DNA from: Candidatus Bathyarchaeota archaeon
GTDB lineage: Archaea > Thermoproteota > Bathyarchaeia > Bathyarchaeales > Bathycorpusculaceae
NCBI GenBank assembly: GCA_963702095.1
Contig: OY969706.1
Span: forward strand, 1,568,001-1,632,000
DNA: 64,000 nt
Reading direction: 5' to 3'
Position 1 is the first letter of the stretch, and each line of letters starts with the position of its first letter. Shown here piece after piece: positions 1-8,218 of the stretch. Below the pieces are notes generated by a model, which did no database searches, was not told where the DNA came from, and worked only from the letters and a program-made list of their open reading frames with translations. The translations under genes were made by a program, and so were the position numbers.

Positions 1-106
1 GGTAGCCGCCACTAAACTATTTAAACGGAAAATGTTGGCTCCTTCCAAGTTAGCAACACTATAAACCCTGCATTTGTTTTTTCTTTTATCGGTTTTTTGG
101 AGGCTG

Positions 107-290
107 GTATGTTGCTTCACACCCACACGCAGCCTCACCCGACATGGAGCCATGTACCGTTGTGTGGGAGAAAATGCACTTCTCACACCGAAACAGAGGC
201 AGAAAAACAATGCAACCAAAAAAAGCAACCGCCTCCAGTTACAGTCTTGTGGCACCCCACAAACCACCACACCCACATAAAGACAAAAAA
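107..290 (+). repeat. Dispersed repeat family A, copy A1 (5'-truncated)
   Basis: Contains the CATGGAGCCATG, GTGTGGGA..TCTCACAC and TTGTGGCACCCCACAA hairpins; 201-283 is identical to 36461-36543. Confidence 0.9.
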
Positions 291-410
291 CCGCTCAAAC
301 CCCACTGATAGGGAGCGGAAATGCGGCAGAGATATAACAATCGATTCTTTGCTTGACCTAAAATTTCTCTATCACACTGGAAATCCTTAAAAGCCCTCTG
401 CACCTATGCG

Positions 411-1808
411 GTGAAGTGGAGAAATGCTGCTTTGGTTTCAGAGGAAAAAAATAAGCCCACAGTGGACGAGTTGCTTGCAAAAGCCAAAAAACCCGCTCAG
501 CTCTCGCCGCCCATGCACCGTTTCTACGAGGGGAAAATGCAGGTTATCCCCAAATGTGCAATCAGAAGCGTAGACGACTTCGCCATATGGTACACTCCGG
601 GTGTTGCGGCGGCATGCAAAGAGATCCAAGCGTCAAGCGACAAATCCTTCGAATTAACCAACCGATGGAACTACGTTGCCGTAGTCACAGATGGCACCCG
701 CGTTTTGGGTTTAGGCGACATCGGACCTGAAGCAGCCCTGCCTGTTATGGAGGGTAAAGCGCTCATCTTCAAGTATTTAGGCGGAGTCGACGCCTTCCCC
801 ATTTGCCTGCGCACCAAAGATCCAGAGGAAATCATTAAAATCTGCAAAGCGCTCGAACCCACATTCGGCGGTATAAACCTCGAAGACATCGAGAAACCCA
901 AATGCTTCCATGTGCTCGAGAAGGCACGCTCGGAAATGCAGATTCCGGTTTGGCATGACGACCAACAGGGAACCGCCACCGTCATCTTGGCAGGGTTAAT
1001 GAACGCTTTCAAGTTGGTCGGCAAAAAACCCAAAGAAAGCCTCATTACACTGGTGGGTTCAGGCGCCGCCAACATTAGAACCGCCTATGTGCTTATGAAT
1101 TGGGGCGTAAAACCCGGCAACATAATCCTAGCTGACACCAAAGGCGTCATCTACAAGGGCAGACCCGACATAACCGAAGCAGAAGACCCCTGGAAATACG
1201 ATGTTACCCAAAAAGCCAACGGCGAAGGCAGAAGAGGCGACATCGCAGAAGCCTTCCGCGGAGTCGACGCAGTCGTTGCCGCCTCCAAACCTGGTCCAGG
1301 CACCATCAAAAAGGAATGGGTCAAAAGCATGGCTGACGACGCCATCGTGTTTGCCTGCGCCAACCCTATTCCTGAGATTTGGCCTTGGGAAGCAGAGGAA
1401 GCAGGCGCCAAAGTGGTCGCGACTGGACGCAGTGACTTCCCCAACCAAGTTAACAACAGCCTCGGGTTCCCCGGGATTTTCCGCGGCGTCCTCGACGTTA
1501 AGGCAAAAACTGTTACCGACGACATGTGCATAGCGGCGGCGACGGAGCTTGCCAGGTATGCGGAGGAGCGGGGTATGGATGAGAAGAATCTGTTGCCACG
1601 GATGGATGAATGGGAAGTTTTCCCCCTTGAAGCCGTTGCATGCGCGCTCAAATGCATCGAGCAGGGTGTTGCCCGTGTTAAGCCCAGTCGTGATGAACTC
1701 TTTGAGCGGGCTTCAGCGATAATAAGGAATGCTCGGGCTTCGACTGAGTTGCTTATGAAGCATGGCTTGATTAAGCAGCCTCCAAGCGAGGATGAACTCC
1801 TCAAATAA
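411..1808 (+). CDS. mae: NAD(P)-dependent malic enzyme (true start possibly about 432)
   Basis: YTPGVA, VVTDGTRVLGLGDIG, PVMEGKA, INLEDI, HDDQQGTA and TGRSDFPNQVNN motifs. Confidence 0.95.
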   Translation: MKWRNAALVSEEKNKPTVDELLAKAKKPAQLSPPMHRFYEGKMQVIPKCAIRSVDDFAIWYTPGVAAACKEIQASSDKSFELTNRWNYVAVVTDGTRVLGLGDIGPEAALPVMEGKALIFKYLGGVDAFPICLRTKDPEEIIKICKALEPTFGGINLEDIEKPKCFHVLEKARSEMQIPVWHDDQQGTATVILAGLMNAFKLVGKKPKESLITLVGSGAANIRTAYVLMNWGVKPGNIILADTKGVIYKGRPDITEAEDPWKYDVTQKANGEGRRGDIAEAFRGVDAVVAASKPGPGTIKKEWVKSMADDAIVFACANPIPEIWPWEAEEAGAKVVATGRSDFPNQVNNSLGFPGIFRGVLDVKAKTVTDDMCIAAATELARYAEERGMDEKNLLPRMDEWEVFPLEAVACALKCIEQGVARVKPSRDELFERASAIIRNARASTELLMKHGLIKQPPSEDELLK

Positions 1809-1851
1809 TACTTTTTTTCAAAGTTGGGTTTGGGTTACAAAAAATAGAAAG

Positions 1852-2142
1852 TTAGAGAGTTGCGACGGCTGCTGCTTGAAGCGTGATTTTAACGATGTTT
1901 CTTTTTTCGAGTCTACGCAGTGCATCGAGACATTCGTCTTTCTTTTCACCGGTAATGTTGAGGTTCAACATTATCTCCTTAACGGATACGCCGGGTTTGC
2001 CAAAGCTTTCATGGCGCTTATAGAGGTGTTTGACAATGGATTTCTCGAGTTTTCCACATCGCCAAGTGGTGTTACGCATAAGAACAACTATAGTGTGGAC
2101 AAGGGTTTGCTCGTTTGATTTTCTTCCACGGGTTTCTCCCAT
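1852..2142 (-). CDS. Hypothetical small basic protein, possible winged helix
   Basis: 96-aa ATG ORF; C-terminal LDALRRLEKRNIVKI is wHTH-like. Confidence 0.6.
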   Translation of the reverse strand: MGETRGRKSNEQTLVHTIVVLMRNTTWRCGKLEKSIVKHLYKRHESFGKPGVSVKEIMLNLNITGEKKDECLDALRRLEKRNIVKITLQAAAVATL

Positions 2143-2223
2143 CTTCCCCCACCACCAGATTCTACGGCATCTATTGATTTAAACGTTTGTTCGATTGGAG
2201 AATACGGAGGCTGAGTTTAGGGT

Positions 2224-2670
2224 TTAGAGGGCTTTTTTTAGGTACAAGCCGTGTCTTTTGCCATAATACCGTTCCAGTTTACCCTGTGTTTGATAGCCCA
2301 GTTTATGGTAGAGTTTTATGGCGACGCTGTTGTCTTCGCGGACTTCTAATCGGCACTCCCTTATCCCCCGCTGCCGTAGCAAACTCTCAACTTCATTGAG
2401 CAGTTTTGAACCGATGCTTTTACGTCGGTAACTGAGAGCAACGTTTATGGTGATTATGTGCCCAAATTCAATGTCATCTGTTTCTATTTGAGCAATGATG
2501 AACCCGGCCACGTCAGTGTTGACTTTAGCAACAAAGGCGATTGTGTTGTAATCAGTTAACAAGTAGGCTATTTGTCGTCTAGTGAAGGCTTCTTCACTAA
2601 AGCATTGCTCCTCAATCCTGTACAATGTATCGAGGAGTCTAATATTAGCCGTTTCGATTTTAACATCCAT
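2224..2670 (-). CDS. rimI: RimI/Ard1-like GNAT N-acetyltransferase
   Basis: HIITINV..YRRKSIGSKLL, LEVREDN..AIKLY..LGY and RYY motifs. Confidence 0.9.
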   Translation of the reverse strand: MDVKIETANIRLLDTLYRIEEQCFSEEAFTRRQIAYLLTDYNTIAFVAKVNTDVAGFIIAQIETDDIEFGHIITINVALSYRRKSIGSKLLNEVESLLRQRGIRECRLEVREDNSVAIKLYHKLGYQTQGKLERYYGKRHGLYLKKAL

Positions 2671-2693
2671 AATTTAGGACTAAACTGTAGTTG

Positions 2694-3767
2694 TCAGGGT
2701 TTGTTTTTAGTTTTTTCCGTATCGGCAGTCGAGGCAAACGCGGGTTTCAACTCCAAATACTGCTGAGCTCCAAACCCTATGAAGAACCGCATCCACAGCG
2801 TTATAATCCTTATGAGTATGGTTGCAGTAGCGCTCAAAGCAGCTTCAACGCCCATAGCATAGTAGAGCGTAGTCATAACTGCCTCAGGCAACCCCACCTC
2901 AAAAGGTATCCCAATCGGTATAGCCTTAACCGCCAAAACAATCGAGTAAGTAATCAAAATAAGGCTCAACGGCACAGGATGCCCCAGCGAAACAAACACC
3001 AAATAAGGTATGCTTAAACTGAAAGCCCATGTTATGGTTAGATAGAAGAGGGAGGCAGCGACGGGTTTGGGGTTGTTGCGGAATTCTTTCATGGCGTCGT
3101 GGAAGTGAGCGGTAATTTCGATGGCTTCACCTTTGAGTTTATCGAGTTTCCACCTGCCAAACGTGATTGTTCGGGCAAACTTTATGGTCCAATCAATCAC
3201 CTTCATGGTCCACTGCTGCTTAAACGATAACACAAACATGAACGCTACAATCGCTGTGATGGCAACCGCGACAACAATGATCAGATTGAAAACCAATGGA
3301 GAAACTTGAGTGCCGAAGTAGAGGAATACAATGCCGACGATTAAGGCGACAACGTTCATAACCATACCCAAAATGCGGTGCATGTAGAGGGAAGCCACGG
3401 TTTTCCCAAAGGAACCGGCTTTGTCCCGTGTTACGAGGTAGGTGCGGGTTACTTCGCCGCCGATGGATTGTGCTGGAACAAGGGTGTCCACGTATAATCC
3501 ATACCAGACGTAGAGGTAGGCGCGGATGAGTCCGATTTTTATGGCTAAGAAATTTGTTAATTCACGCCATGATATGGTGAAGAAGAGGACTTCAAGCAAT
3601 CCGAAGACGATGGCGACAGAGTAGACGTAGGGGTTGGCGGTTGCGGCGGTGGCTAGGATGCCTAAGATGTCAACGTTGAAGAGGTAGATGTAGAGGAAAA
3701 ACCCTACTAAACCCAGTAGTGGAAAAACAACGGTTTTCCAAGTGAACTTTAGTTTAGGAGGCTCCAT
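2694..3767 (-). CDS. Lysylphosphatidylglycerol synthase TM-domain / flippase-like membrane protein
   Basis: Multi-TM protein with P..SIGGEVTR, P..VGLPE and ATILIRIITLW motifs; start placed at ATG 3767. Confidence 0.85.
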   Translation of the reverse strand: MEPPKLKFTWKTVVFPLLGLVGFFLYIYLFNVDILGILATAATANPYVYSVAIVFGLLEVLFFTISWRELTNFLAIKIGLIRAYLYVWYGLYVDTLVPAQSIGGEVTRTYLVTRDKAGSFGKTVASLYMHRILGMVMNVVALIVGIVFLYFGTQVSPLVFNLIIVVAVAITAIVAFMFVLSFKQQWTMKVIDWTIKFARTITFGRWKLDKLKGEAIEITAHFHDAMKEFRNNPKPVAASLFYLTITWAFSLSIPYLVFVSLGHPVPLSLILITYSIVLAVKAIPIGIPFEVGLPEAVMTTLYYAMGVEAALSATATILIRIITLWMRFFIGFGAQQYLELKPAFASTADTEKTKNKP

Positions 3768-3871
3768 ATCTACCAGCGTGAACATGCAGGTGGAGAACTG
3801 CAATTATATACTTTATCCAAATCTGGGTTTAGCTCAACAGCCAGTCTTTTTCTTAGCGTTTGCCTACTCAA

Positions 3872-4378
3872 TTATACGATGTATTTGCCTGTTTTTTCGA
3901 AGTCATGCACTATTTCCATGACCCGTTTAGGCGTATTTAATGAACCCAGCGGGAGGTCTTTTAGCAGAACCCACGGCGACTTCTTAGCAAGCACAGTGGC
4001 AACGTGTCCTTCGCCGAAGCTTTTACGGGCAACCTCAACCACTTCCCGCCTCACCCCTACCTCAGACATTTCGCCGAGTGCATGTAGATATTCATGGAGC
4101 AGCAGGTTGTAGACTAAGGCGTTGACGGTGGGTCTATCGGTGACCGACGCCTCCACCACATCTACCAATGCACGGTTGAGCACTATGTTGTTGGTTCCCA
4201 CAGGGTAGTAGGCGCCTAGTTGCAGCGGCAAATCGTCGAGGAACAGCATCATGCTGTTGCGGCGTTTACCAACTGCGTATTGGGCGGTTTCCTGTACGAT
4301 TGTCCATACCTCAGCGTAGTTTTTGGCTTTGTCTAAGCTGTCGCTGAAGCGTTCAATGTTAGAGTTGTCAATGCTCAA
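3872..4378 (-). CDS. Hypothetical zincin-like metalloprotein
   Basis: LLHEYLHALG (HExxH); start placed at TTG 4378. Confidence 0.7.
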   Translation of the reverse strand: MSIDNSNIERFSDSLDKAKNYAEVWTIVQETAQYAVGKRRNSMMLFLDDLPLQLGAYYPVGTNNIVLNRALVDVVEASVTDRPTVNALVYNLLLHEYLHALGEMSEVGVRREVVEVARKSFGEGHVATVLAKKSPWVLLKDLPLGSLNTPKRVMEIVHDFEKTGKYIV

Positions 4379-4504
4379 AACATCGTCCCCTCTACTTTTA
4401 CAACGATCATTTCGTGCCTTTAAGGGTTGCACCCATTGTGATGGAAAATAAACGTAAAATTGATAAAGAACAACACCACTGAAATAGCGATAAGGCGAAA
4501 AAAT

Positions 4505-4924
4505 ATGGCAAACGATGTTACCGTTAAAGACATCATGCAAAAAGATGTTAAAACCGTAGAAAACAACACCGTCTTGAAAGACGTAATCTCTTTAATGACT
4601 AAAAACGACAAAGACGCAATTTTCGTTGTCCAGAGCGGCAAACCGACAGGCATCATCACAACAAGAGACTTAGTTGTCCGCGCAATGGAAGCTGAAGTGC
4701 CAATCAAAACCATCATCGCAAGAATGGTTTACACAAACCCCCTTGTCGTCATTGACCAAGGCGCATCCCTCAAAGAAGCGGCTGAACTCATGAAGCACTG
4801 GAATATAAAGCACTTACCAGCAGTTGACAAAAACGGTGCACTCGTCGGCTTGATCGATGCAATGCAAATCGTCCAAGCAGACCCCAAACTGATCCCCATA
4901 ATGGATTATGCCCGCCGAAAGTAA
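4505..4924 (+). CDS. CBS-domain protein
   Basis: VKDIM..V..V, GIITTRDLV, IKHLPAVD..LVGLI tandem CBS pattern. Confidence 0.9.
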   Translation: MANDVTVKDIMQKDVKTVENNTVLKDVISLMTKNDKDAIFVVQSGKPTGIITTRDLVVRAMEAEVPIKTIIARMVYTNPLVVIDQGASLKEAAELMKHWNIKHLPAVDKNGALVGLIDAMQIVQADPKLIPIMDYARRK

Positions 4925-5005
4925 TTTCGGCTCAACACTTTATTTTTTGAAAATCCAATACACTTTTTCAAAATATCTTAAGATAAAAATAAGTTGTAAG
5001 CAGTT

Positions 5006-5308
5006 TTACTGCTTGCCGGTCTCTTTTGCCCATGCCTCTTTAGCTGCTTTGGCTATAGCTTCAATGTTTGGCTGGGTATTCAAATCGTATAAAACACCTT
5101 TAACAAGCTCGTTGTTTATGATTAGCGCGATTTCGCCGGGTCGAAGTGGCTCGGGTCTCGTTGATTGAAAAACGCGAAGTGCGCGTAGAGCAAATTTGAC
5201 GAGTACATTGTTAAGTTCTGCTTGAAGTTGACCTAATTCGTCTTTTGCCTCAACCATTTTCTTGCTGTAAGCGTCTGAATCTCTTTCTCCAGTAGGTTCC
5301 ATTCCCAT
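5006..5308 (-). CDS. Hypothetical helical protein
   Basis: 100-aa ATG ORF with plausible composition and a TATA-like site upstream. Confidence 0.65.
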   Translation of the reverse strand: MGMEPTGERDSDAYSKKMVEAKDELGQLQAELNNVLVKFALRALRVFQSTRPEPLRPGEIALIINNELVKGVLYDLNTQPNIEAIAKAAKEAWAKETGKQ

Positions 5309-5411
5309 TTTACATCGGTCCTTTAGGGAGTCATGTCAACGGCTCATTATAGCTTTTACTGAAAAAAGACGCTTCTGTGTTTAGCAGTGTATCAAGGGGT
5401 TGTTGTTTTTG

Positions 5412-5652
5412 TCTCTTTATGTGGGTGTGGTGGTTTGTGGGGTGCCACAAGACTGTAACTGGAGGCGGTTGTGTTTTGTGGTTTCGTTGTTTTTCTTTGT
5501 CTGTTTCGGTGTGGAAAAAGCGTTTTTCTCCACACGCGGTACATGGCTCCATGGAGAGGCGCACTGGATGTGTGTGAAAGCATGTATCGACTACTTTTTT
5601 AGCGTCAAAGCAGTGAACGGCAACGACAGCGCAATGCAATCGGGCACAAGCA
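5412..5652 (-). repeat. Dispersed repeat family A, copy A2 (full length, 241 bp)
   Basis: Reverse complement matches 36305-36545 with 5 mismatches by manual alignment. Confidence 0.95.
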
Positions 5653-5853
5653 TAACATATTCCTTTGAACGCCACTAACAAATCGGTCGTGTACTGCGTT
5701 GTGGATATGGGCAGACGACGGGACAGTCATAGGAGCACAGGTACACCTACCCCATGAATTTCCTGAGGAAGGGAGAAACCTCTTGACCTGATGTGATTTT
5801 AGGTAAAAAGAAATAAGTAAAAAAAGAAAAAGTTGCTTCAACAGATGGGAAGT

Positions 5854-6429
5854 TTAGTATCTTGGTCTGTAACCGCCGCCACCGCGTCGGTCGCCGCCTC
5901 GACGATCGCCACCGTAGCCTCCACCGCCGCCGCCACGTCGGTCTCTTCCACCGTAGCCTCCACCGCCGCCATAGCCGCCGCCACCGCGTCGGTCGCCGCC
6001 GCCTCTATAGGGGCGTCTTTCCTGCTCATAGGCTTTGCTGGACACGTTGTTTTCTGTGTTAACTTCTGCTTCTAGCGGTGCCTGTGCTTGTTCGAGTTTG
6101 CCGTATTTGCCGATGTTTAAGCGGATGTTGCCTTTGAAGAGGGTTACATATCCGTTTTCGACGCGCACTGTGTCTCCATCGTTGACTTTCTCGATGTTGT
6201 CGTCCCAGAGTGTTAGGTAGACAACGCCGGTTTCGTCGCCGACGAGTGCGTCACTTACTTTGTGCGGAGAGCCATCTCTGCCCATTGGGATTTCACGTAT
6301 TTCAGTTTTGGATACTACTTTGGCCGTGACATTAACTGCTTTAGATTGCGGGGTTAAGTCGCCGACTTTAGCTTCTACTGGTTCTTTTTTGTTTTCGAAA
6401 AAACCTTCTACAGCCAATTGATTCAACAC
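5854..6429 (-). CDS. ssb: Single-OB-fold single-stranded DNA-binding protein with Gly/Arg-rich tail
   Basis: VNVTAKVV..GDETG.V.LTLWD..NGYV..FKG...LNIGKYG; GGGGYGG/DRR tail. Confidence 0.9.
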   Translation of the reverse strand: MLNQLAVEGFFENKKEPVEAKVGDLTPQSKAVNVTAKVVSKTEIREIPMGRDGSPHKVSDALVGDETGVVYLTLWDDNIEKVNDGDTVRVENGYVTLFKGNIRLNIGKYGKLEQAQAPLEAEVNTENNVSSKAYEQERRPYRGGGDRRGGGGYGGGGGYGGRDRRGGGGGGYGGDRRGGDRRGGGGYRPRY

Positions 6430-6543
6430 CTATATTGTGGTCTGAGACACATCTTAGATTTCTCTGCACTTAAGTGTTTCGCTTCGTGGTTTTTGGTGTT
6501 TTAACGCTGAGCATATAAGGAAGACATGCCATTCTGGGTTTAT

Positions 6544-7458
6544 ATGGATAAAAAAGCCCTAATTATCGCTGTAGTCATCGTCGCTGTTTTGGTTGCAGGC
6601 GCAGTTTCCATCGTTATCACGAACCAGCCAAAGAGCCCTCAACAAACGCCTACCCCGACGCCCACGCCAACTGCAGAACCCACAGCAAACCCTACCGCAA
6701 CCCCCACCGAAACACAAACCGCAACGCCAAACCCAACCCCTACTCCGACCCCCACGACCAGCGCCTCACAGTACACATACACTATCGTGAAAACTTATCC
6801 CCATGACACCTCCGCCTTCACGGAAGGCTTAGTGTATGATAACGGGACCTTGTTTGAGAGTACAGGCGGTTGGGGCAACTCAAGTCTGCGCCGAGTCGAC
6901 TTGGAAACTGGGCATGTGCTTCAGCAAACCAACTTGTCCTCTGAGTTTTTCGGTGAAGGCTTAGCGGTCGTGGGCGATTCACTAGTTCAGTTGACTTGGC
7001 AGAGTAAAGTGGGATTTGTCTTTGACAAAGAAACCTTTGATGTGGAGGGCAACTTTACTTATCAAACTGAGGGTTGGGGATTAACCTACGACGGCACACA
7101 CCTCATCATGAGCGACGGCAGCGCAACCCTCTACTTCCTCGACCCCGCAACCCACCAGAAAACAGGCGAAGTCACCGTCACAGACGGCGGCACACAAGTC
7201 GCCAACCTCAATGAACTCGAATACGTCAACGGCGACGTCTACGCCAACGTTTGGATGCAGCAGAAAATCGCCATAATCAACCCCCAAACAGGACAGGTCA
7301 AAGGCTGGATAGATTTAACGGGCATCTACCAAACTCCAAGCGGCAACCCGGATGCAGTACTAAATGGCATAGCATATGACAAAGCCGGCGACAGGCTTTT
7401 TGTAACGGGAAAAGACTGGTCCAACCTCTACCAGATAAAAATCAACCCTATTGGTTAG
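6544..7458 (+). CDS. Membrane-anchored glutaminyl-peptide cyclotransferase with Pro/Thr linker
   Basis: YPHD..AFTEGL, ESTG, FFGEGL, EGWGLT, LNELE, ANVW, VLNGIAYD and VTGK.W motifs. Confidence 0.92.
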   Translation: MDKKALIIAVVIVAVLVAGAVSIVITNQPKSPQQTPTPTPTPTAEPTANPTATPTETQTATPNPTPTPTPTTSASQYTYTIVKTYPHDTSAFTEGLVYDNGTLFESTGGWGNSSLRRVDLETGHVLQQTNLSSEFFGEGLAVVGDSLVQLTWQSKVGFVFDKETFDVEGNFTYQTEGWGLTYDGTHLIMSDGSATLYFLDPATHQKTGEVTVTDGGTQVANLNELEYVNGDVYANVWMQQKIAIINPQTGQVKGWIDLTGIYQTPSGNPDAVLNGIAYDKAGDRLFVTGKDWSNLYQIKINPIG

Positions 7459-7525
7459 CGGTAAATCCCTCAAAATGAACCGTTATTTACAAACGAAAAT
7501 AGTCAGAAGAAAAAATAGAAAAGAG

Positions 7526-8203
7526 TTAGATTCTTAGGTTGATTTTTTCGGTGTAGGGTTCAATTATCTTTGCCAATTCACCGATTTTCTCAGGGGCATA
7601 AGGCTTCATTGTTCGGTAGCGTTTGTCCAGTGAGTCTTCGGGGACGAATTGCTGCAGAGTGTAGGTTTTGGTGCCTTTTATCATTTCACCGATTGCATGT
7701 GCATCCTGCTCTGTTAGGAGTTCGGGGACGACGGTTGTGCGGAATTCGTAGGGAACATTGCCTTTTTTGAGCAGCTCCATTGACTTCATCAGTGAGGCGG
7801 TGTCGACGGCGCCTAGCAGCTCGTATTTTTCGCGGCAGGTCTTCACATCCATAGCCACGTAATCCACATAGGGCAGGCATTCTTCGAGGACAGCGGGGAA
7901 GAAGCCATTGGTGTCCAACTTGACGTTGAAGCCGCGCTCTTTTAGTTTAGCGAGGAACCTTGGCAGTTCCTTGTGCATGCAGGGTTCGCCGCCGGTTACG
8001 ACGACGGCGTCGACGTATTTTTTGCGGTTCTCCAAAATCTCCAGTGCAGCGCCTTCTTGGAGAAAAGGAGGTTGCGGGTCGACGGCGATTTTGTAGTTGT
8101 GGCAGAACGGACAACGCAGGTTGCAGCCGGGGGTAAATAGCACAGAGGCTACTTTATCGGGGTAATCCAGTAGACTTGTCTTCTGTAAACCGCTAAACTT
8201 CAT
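7526..8203 (-). CDS. nrdG: Anaerobic ribonucleotide reductase activating radical SAM protein
   Basis: SLLDYP, GCNLRCPFCHN, TGGEP, KLDTNG; follows nrdD. Confidence 0.92.
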   Translation of the reverse strand: MKFSGLQKTSLLDYPDKVASVLFTPGCNLRCPFCHNYKIAVDPQPPFLQEGAALEILENRKKYVDAVVVTGGEPCMHKELPRFLAKLKERGFNVKLDTNGFFPAVLEECLPYVDYVAMDVKTCREKYELLGAVDTASLMKSMELLKKGNVPYEFRTTVVPELLTEQDAHAIGEMIKGTKTYTLQQFVPEDSLDKRYRTMKPYAPEKIGELAKIIEPYTEKINLRI

Positions 8204-8218
8204 CTTTGCATGTTCACC

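Noticed and set aside
671-1804. Long antisense ORFs over the malic enzyme (and similar shadows over nrdD, korAB, trm1, lysC)
   Set aside because: Shadow frames of well-supported genes, with no motifs of their own
5377-5681. ORFs over family A repeats, including a recurring MEPCxxCG peptide
   Set aside because: Indels put downstream sequence in different frames between copies and A1 loses the second Cys; the motif is a by-product of the CATGGAGCCATG palindrome
5715-5800. 5S rRNA, SRP RNA or C/D sRNA similarity (GTCATAG..ACACCT, GGAAGGGAG, CTGA)
   Set aside because: Only short motifs match; the required helices and box spacing cannot be built
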